IMG/VR virus record: IMGVR_UViG_3300028886_000031
Location: 88,485-152,484 of that record
Strand: one strand, 5' to 3'
Origin: a virus
Taxonomy: Duplodnaviria; Heunggongvirae; Uroviricota; Caudoviricetes
DNA: 64,000 nt
Within the stretch, counting starts at the first letter, position 1. Every line of letters starts with the position of its first letter. Under the pieces are notes generated by a model that saw nothing but the letters and a program-made list of their open reading frames with translations, searched no databases and was not told the DNA's origin. This document shows positions 58,702 through 64,000 of this stretch, one piece after another. The translations under genes were made by a program, and so were the position numbers.

Positions 58702-59517
58702 CTATTTAAAGATTTTTGTGTTTTTAAATGATTTTCCAGTCTCTGCAAAAGTTGGAACCTGCTGACTGTTTTTCATAACAGATAGAACTTTATCAAACCA
58801 TTGTTTATATGTAAGTGATGGATTGTAGTATTTCTTAAGATTTAATGTGAAAGTACCTCCATAATTGCTTCCATATGAAGATTCACCATCATTACATCCG
58901 CCAAAATGAACCATATTTGGTTCACCTGATCTTGAAAATATTTTCAATTTCTTTTTAGATCTTTCAAGATTATATGGAAGTTGGAAATTTGATCCACTAT
59001 TGCAACAATCTGTTACCATAAAAATACGACATGTCTTAGGAACGCTATTTAAAAGCTTCCATACTGTATCATCTACCATCTCTCCATCCCAGAAACAAAG
59101 CGTCTCATCTAATCCATCTTTCTCTGTACTGGAATATACTTGTCCACCATGTCCACTATAGAAAAATATAAAAAGACCATCCTTTGTATCTAACTTAGAT
59201 ATACACTTTTTCCACATATCTTTAATATGTTGATTTGTGCATTGACTATTTTCTAATTTTATATATGGAATATTATTTTTAGCGCATAGTTCAGCAAAAT
59301 TTTTAGCATCTATATCTGTTCCAGGACAAGCACCATCCCAACCTCCATATGCTTTAGGATTAACTTTTGTTAAACTACATATTAGAGCTATTTTATTCGT
59401 TATATTTGTTTTAGCTGTTCCTGTAGCGAATGTGCAATTGTCACATCCGGAATCATTTATACATCCAGCAAAGGATATAGAAATAATTGAACACATCAAT
59501 ATCATTAATTTCTTCAT
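58702..59517 (-). CDS. Caspase-family (peptidase C14, metacaspase-like) lipoprotein
   Basis: FFYSGHGGQ (His), DGLDETLC, VTDCCNSG (Cys); signal MKKLMILMCSIISISFAG-C lipobox; AAGGAGG RBS. Confidence 0.88.
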   Translation of the reverse strand: MKKLMILMCSIISISFAGCINDSGCDNCTFATGTAKTNITNKIALICSLTKVNPKAYGGWDGACPGTDIDAKNFAELCAKNNIPYIKLENSQCTNQHIKDMWKKCISKLDTKDGLFIFFYSGHGGQVYSSTEKDGLDETLCFWDGEMVDDTVWKLLNSVPKTCRIFMVTDCCNSGSNFQLPYNLERSKKKLKIFSRSGEPNMVHFGGCNDGESSYGSNYGGTFTLNLKKYYNPSLTYKQWFDKVLSVMKNSQQVPTFAETGKSFKNTKIFK

Positions 59518-59536
59518 ACATACCTCCTTGATTTTA

Positions 59537-61369
59537 TTAGAAATAAATTCTCCAAACTAAAAGAACTTCTCTTGAATGACTTAATCTAATTGTACTAAAG
59601 CATACTCTATTAAACATTGCATATGGAGTTTCTACAGAATTTCCGTAGAGACTACATACCATTTTGTCATCATCTTTATATGCCTCTGTCCAAAGATCAG
59701 ATCTATCAATTACGAAATATGATTTAGAACGAACAGATACGTTAATTGCTGTAGTAGCATCGTATACTTCTGTAATAGTTGCTGGTCTAGTTTGTGTAAT
59801 ATCGTTCTCTACTTCACCACCAGAGATTGTCTCCGTTGGTTTTTTTGAAACAAATAACTTCATTCCTTCAGAAACTTTTTTGATATCTTCATTACTAACA
59901 TAGAATCTACATTCTGTTGAGTTCTGATCTACAACAACCTCATTTACATCAACTGTAATGTATGTATCCTTCGATTGTGTAATTCTTATGATGGAATAGT
60001 TTGAGAATAGTTTATCGTTTGTTAAACATTCTACCAATTTCCCGTCAGAATCGAATGTATATCCAATTGGGAATATAAAGACATGTTCATCTTTTTCATC
60101 AGTAAATATATCTGTAGATGGCGGTGTTAATTGAATATCATCACTAGCAAATCCATTTCTATAAGTACATGTAACTTCGATTGGATTATCATTCTCTACA
60201 AACCTTGGATATTTAAAGGACTTAACAAAAATTGTCCCATGACTTAGTATTAAAAGATTACGAAAATCTTCAATGGATTTTGTTAAGTTTATTGTTTGTG
60301 AAACAGTTTTTTCGTTTCTTGTAAAACTGCAAGTTATCTTATTTCCATTTAATGCTAGAGAACCAATACATGTATTCTCATCAGACTCATCTTTATAAAT
60401 TCCAAATAATGTTGGCTCTTGTGATACAAGTTCTATTCTATAATATTTTGTATCCTGACCTGATGTATCCTTATATACAGGGAATGGTGCGTTAGATGCT
60501 TCATCTTCTTGTATTTCAGCAACGATGTTATATACATCAAAATATTGAACGGAATTGTTTTGGAATGGATGATCTGTATTCCATGTACATCCAGATGAAG
60601 TAATATTAGCACATGGTGGAAGAGTCAAATTTGGTTCATAATAATATCTATTATAATTTGGATCATAGTTATAATAAGTCTGCGTTGTTCTTGTCAATTG
60701 TCCATCTCTTCCAGGATCCGGTAAAGCTGGATCAGCAATAAATAACGCAGCTTCATTAATATCAGCATAAGACTTTTCATAATCTGTTTCTAGATATGTC
60801 TGACCACAGATATCATCTGTAGAAATTTCAAGTCTAATTTCAGCAATTAGATTTGGATAATATACAGTTCCATTTACTTTATAAGGATTTGCTAGATCCT
60901 CTTTAATTCCAATATACGAAATCTTTTTATAATATCCACTTACAACATTATTATTAATAATCCTAGAAGCATAGTTTGGATTTGACTGTATGTTAGTATC
61001 ATATTCATATCTAAGTCTAACTGGATTATAAAGATCCTTATCTGATCCATAAGTCGTTCCGCATTGAAGTGGATTTCCTGGCTCAGCACCTCCAGAGCCG
61101 ACTCCAAACCAAAGAATCTCACTTCTTCTAAGTGATTCCAAAGCTGCCTTGTCATCTGTAATTACATTGCTAGCAAATGCTTTTCTTAGAAGCCATTCAC
61201 GACCACCATAAACAATTAAATTCTTACGTTGTGTTGACTCTATTTCACCAGTTTCTTTATTCCTAACTCTAATTTCTACTTCGCCACGCAGACCAGAACT
61301 TGGATCAGTACAGATTTCGTCTCTTAGACGTTTTCTGTAATTATCTGTTAAACTAATTGTTTGTTTCAT
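59537..61369 (-). CDS. Tail-collar / baseplate fibre-attachment-like protein with large insertion
   Basis: GEVEI..KNLIVYGGRE..GVGSGG, INEAALF and terminal MFNRVCF..I...VWRIYF. Confidence 0.6.
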   Translation of the reverse strand: MKQTISLTDNYRKRLRDEICTDPSSGLRGEVEIRVRNKETGEIESTQRKNLIVYGGREWLLRKAFASNVITDDKAALESLRRSEILWFGVGSGGAEPGNPLQCGTTYGSDKDLYNPVRLRYEYDTNIQSNPNYASRIINNNVVSGYYKKISYIGIKEDLANPYKVNGTVYYPNLIAEIRLEISTDDICGQTYLETDYEKSYADINEAALFIADPALPDPGRDGQLTRTTQTYYNYDPNYNRYYYEPNLTLPPCANITSSGCTWNTDHPFQNNSVQYFDVYNIVAEIQEDEASNAPFPVYKDTSGQDTKYYRIELVSQEPTLFGIYKDESDENTCIGSLALNGNKITCSFTRNEKTVSQTINLTKSIEDFRNLLILSHGTIFVKSFKYPRFVENDNPIEVTCTYRNGFASDDIQLTPPSTDIFTDEKDEHVFIFPIGYTFDSDGKLVECLTNDKLFSNYSIIRITQSKDTYITVDVNEVVVDQNSTECRFYVSNEDIKKVSEGMKLFVSKKPTETISGGEVENDITQTRPATITEVYDATTAINVSVRSKSYFVIDRSDLWTEAYKDDDKMVCSLYGNSVETPYAMFNRVCFSTIRLSHSREVLLVWRIYF

Positions 61370-61393
61370 ATTTAAATCTCTTTTATAATTTGT

Positions 61394-61729
61394 TTAAAAA
61401 CTTTCCATTATGGAATCAAAATAACTCTTGTTTTTCTGAGAATAATTTGAACCCCAGTCATATTCATCAAATGATTCACTCTCGAAACATGGAGGATTAT
61501 ATGGTTTATCCCAATATTCACACGGTAAATCATTAATGGTATAGAGATTCTCTTCATCAGCTATTTCATATCCTTCAGGGAGATTTTCTCTTATAATCTC
61601 AAATAATTGCTCTATACTTTCTATGCTAGAAATATCTACATCAATCTCTACATATCTGGTATTGTTATGTTCATCTATTAATTTAACATACCATGTATAG
61701 TCTTCATAAAGAATTTGAGATTCCAACAT
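61394..61729 (-). CDS. Hypothetical acidic protein
   Basis: 111-aa ORF with late-type motif upstream. Confidence 0.65.
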   Translation of the reverse strand: MLESQILYEDYTWYVKLIDEHNNTRYVEIDVDISSIESIEQLFEIIRENLPEGYEIADEENLYTINDLPCEYWDKPYNPPCFESESFDEYDWGSNYSQKNKSYFDSIMESF

Positions 61730-61783
61730 AAAATATTGATAAATTTCTTTTATTTATTATTTGTTCGAGTAGACATGTTTTTA

Positions 61784-64000
61784 TTAAAAATTATCTATCC
61801 CGTTCGTTAAAATGTTTTCAGTTAGATCTCCAGACTCTGGAGCATGTAATGTAATAAATTGTGCATTTATTTGACAGACATAATAGACGTAAGTAAATAA
61901 TTTATCTAGAATTGTTTGTAAATTAGATTTTCCAAAATATACATCATCTTTTTTATCTTCCGGCCAAGGTTTACCAAAATGATCAAATTGTTCTGTACCT
62001 CTATTACTTAAAGTCATATATCTAGATACTGTTGTCTGTATTTCTTGTACTTTTGGATAATAATTCCAATCACTAAACTCTGGATTTGTATGACACATAC
62101 AAATAAGCATATTGCCATCCGTGTCCATGTATTTTTCAAATGGAATACATAATTTGTCATATGTTCCAGTAGCAAAATTCACAGAAACCCATTTATCCTG
62201 AGTTTTAACATACAATTTATCACCAGTATATATGCTATTTATCTTACAACAAATATTTCTAAGTTTATTTTTAATGTCATTTTTGAATTTCTCTTTCTTG
62301 TTGTAAGAATATGGTCCATACCAATATTTTTCAAACCTGACATAAAGTTTATCTTCTATCAGACAAAACTCATCATCAATATATTTATCTGTAATTCTTA
62401 TCTTATGTAATTCTTCACTATTATCTCTTCTGAATCTTAAAATGGAATAGCATAAAAATCCAACTGTATTCTCTATTACATTCTGTTTCACATCTACATA
62501 AGGAGTATGTGAGTATTTCTCTCTAAGTTGCGGATCATATTGACATAGTTTTTGACCGCATAAATCTAACTGAAGTTGATTAACGTAATCATAATTATTA
62601 TGGGCGTAATACATCTTATTAATTCTATTATTGTGCTTAAGCAATTTATATTTACTACTTGTAATATACGCAGCCATAAATAATTCATTCATATTATGAA
62701 TTGTAGACTTCGTAAATCTTTCATAATACGATTTAAGATCTTCCATTGAAACATCTTCTGGAATGTTAATGTCTACTAAAGAACCATATTGTATAGCTGT
62801 ATGCACAATGGAATCATAATCCTCTGTATAATATCCTTTAACGTTATCTATAAATCTTTCATCTGGATTATTTAGGATAAATTTACATTTGACATAATTT
62901 GTACATATAATTGCTTCGTGACATATACTGTAATAATAACTTGATCCATCGGATGTTTTTAGATTCTGTTTAATGCAGAAAGTACAATTATCCTCTGGTT
63001 CCGTAGATAAATAATTTTCATATTTTCTAACTTCCCAAATATAATGTCTGCATTTCTTATCATAAGTTAAAACGGCTATAATATCATCAAACAATGGAAC
63101 AATATCATCTGAGTTAATCCATGTTGTTCTATTATTTTGAAGTTTCCAAATAAGTTTTCCACGATTTGCTTCATTGACATTCTTTGTTTGGTGATAGCAG
63201 TATTCAAAGTCATATTCTTTCTTATATAAAGAATTTAATTTAGTTGCATAATATTGACCAGAAATATCATATATAAAATCAGAACATGGATTAAGATATA
63301 TACATTTATGATAGATATGACTATCTTTCATTTCTTGTGTCACTTCTTGTATTGAAGGATCATAGAAAATATTGGATTCAATGTGTTCACATGGATAATA
63401 GAATGAATCACCATTATTCTCTACTATCTTTCTTCTAGTAAATTCTTTTCCATTTGTTTCAGATAAGAAACGATTAACAGTTGATACATATCCGGTATTA
63501 CTATCTATTTCTGATGTATTGTAAATAACTGTTCCATGGCAATCTGAATGTATATCACCATCATATTTTAGACCTTCATCAAAGAATCTTCCGAGTTTTC
63601 CACCAGTTTTGACAACTGGATAGAATTCATCCTTCTTTTCCCTAATACCTATTATTACTGGTCTGTGCTGGACTGGACCAGTTTTATAATCCTCTGGTTT
63701 TTTAGTCCACCAAACAGGAACTTCATTATCAAATGGTGAAATGTAATTTCCTGGAGCTTTTAATTCTTGACCATGACAGAAGTATGTTTTTAGTTTTTCG
63801 CAGTATATATTTTCAAAGTTATTTTGTTTTAACCTATTGTCTGTATATACTCTCTTAACAGTTGTTCCTATAACATTTCCATGTATATCAAGTTCTGGAA
63901 CAACAACTTTATCATATATTCTATTGCATGTCTTTTTAGACCATAAGATATTAATTTCCTGTGGACTATTTGGAAGAACTCTTCCATGTGAAGTATCTAC
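61784..64000 (-). CDS. Large hypothetical protein, C-terminal part (probably starts beyond the window)
   Basis: Frame has no stop upstream of the track's GTG at 63343 (checked codon by codon to about 63660). Confidence 0.7.
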   Translation of the reverse strand, partial: VDTSHGRVLPNSPQEINILWSKKTCNRIYDKVVVPELDIHGNVIGTTVKRVYTDNRLKQNNFENIYCEKLKTYFCHGQELKAPGNYISPFDNEVPVWWTKKPEDYKTGPVQHRPVIIGIREKKDEFYPVVKTGGKLGRFFDEGLKYDGDIHSDCHGTVIYNTSEIDSNTGYVSTVNRFLSETNGKEFTRRKIVENNGDSFYYPCEHIESNIFYDPSIQEVTQEMKDSHIYHKCIYLNPCSDFIYDISGQYYATKLNSLYKKEYDFEYCYHQTKNVNEANRGKLIWKLQNNRTTWINSDDIVPLFDDIIAVLTYDKKCRHYIWEVRKYENYLSTEPEDNCTFCIKQNLKTSDGSSYYYSICHEAIICTNYVKCKFILNNPDERFIDNVKGYYTEDYDSIVHTAIQYGSLVDINIPEDVSMEDLKSYYERFTKSTIHNMNELFMAAYITSSKYKLLKHNNRINKMYYAHNNYDYVNQLQLDLCGQKLCQYDPQLREKYSHTPYVDVKQNVIENTVGFLCYSILRFRRDNSEELHKIRITDKYIDDEFCLIEDKLYVRFEKYWYGPYSYNKKEKFKNDIKNKLRNICCKINSIYTGDKLYVKTQDKWVSVNFATGTYDKLCIPFEKYMDTDGNMLICMCHTNPEFSDWNYYPKVQEIQTTVSRYMTLSNRGTEQFDHFGKPWPEDKKDDVYFGKSNLQTILDKLFTYVYYVCQINAQFITLHAPESGDLTENILTNGIDNF

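Noticed and set aside
1-64000. Stop-codon reassignment as in some large gut phages
   Set aside because: Very long ORFs are open and coding density is high in the standard code; TAG and TGA end genes at plausible positions
1-64000. tRNA, rRNA or transposase genes
   Set aside because: None recognised; intergenic gaps are short and explained by hairpins or small ORFs (tRNAscan-SE not run)

Overview
AT-rich (roughly 30% GC by eye), gene-dense 64-kb fragment of a large contractile-tailed (jumbo-type) phage genome; the standard genetic code fits. The + strand block (1-13.5 kb) carries the C-terminal part of a cellular-looking RNA polymerase beta subunit, folE, a small PolB-palm-like protein, an ATP-dependent DNA ligase, a Dda/RecD-like helicase, many small hypotheticals and a baseplate-hub-like gene. 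The - strand block (13.5-64 kb) is a virion morphogenesis region: tail-collar protein, lipoprotein metacaspase, 1202-aa sheath, four tandem tail-tube paralogs, gp26-like chaperone, gp25- and gp6-like baseplate wedge proteins, large terminase, several tail fibres, a 4020-aa tape-measure-like protein and a gp48-like cap. Two small + strand islands flank the terminase. Most notable: a candidate +1 frameshift (UUU UUU C) giving a G/GT-like chaperone pair, the four tube paralogs, ES-x-x repeat blocks flanking an in-frame deletable fibre domain, the exported metacaspase, and two candidate phage promoter classes. All calls come from motif recognition by eye; no searches were run.
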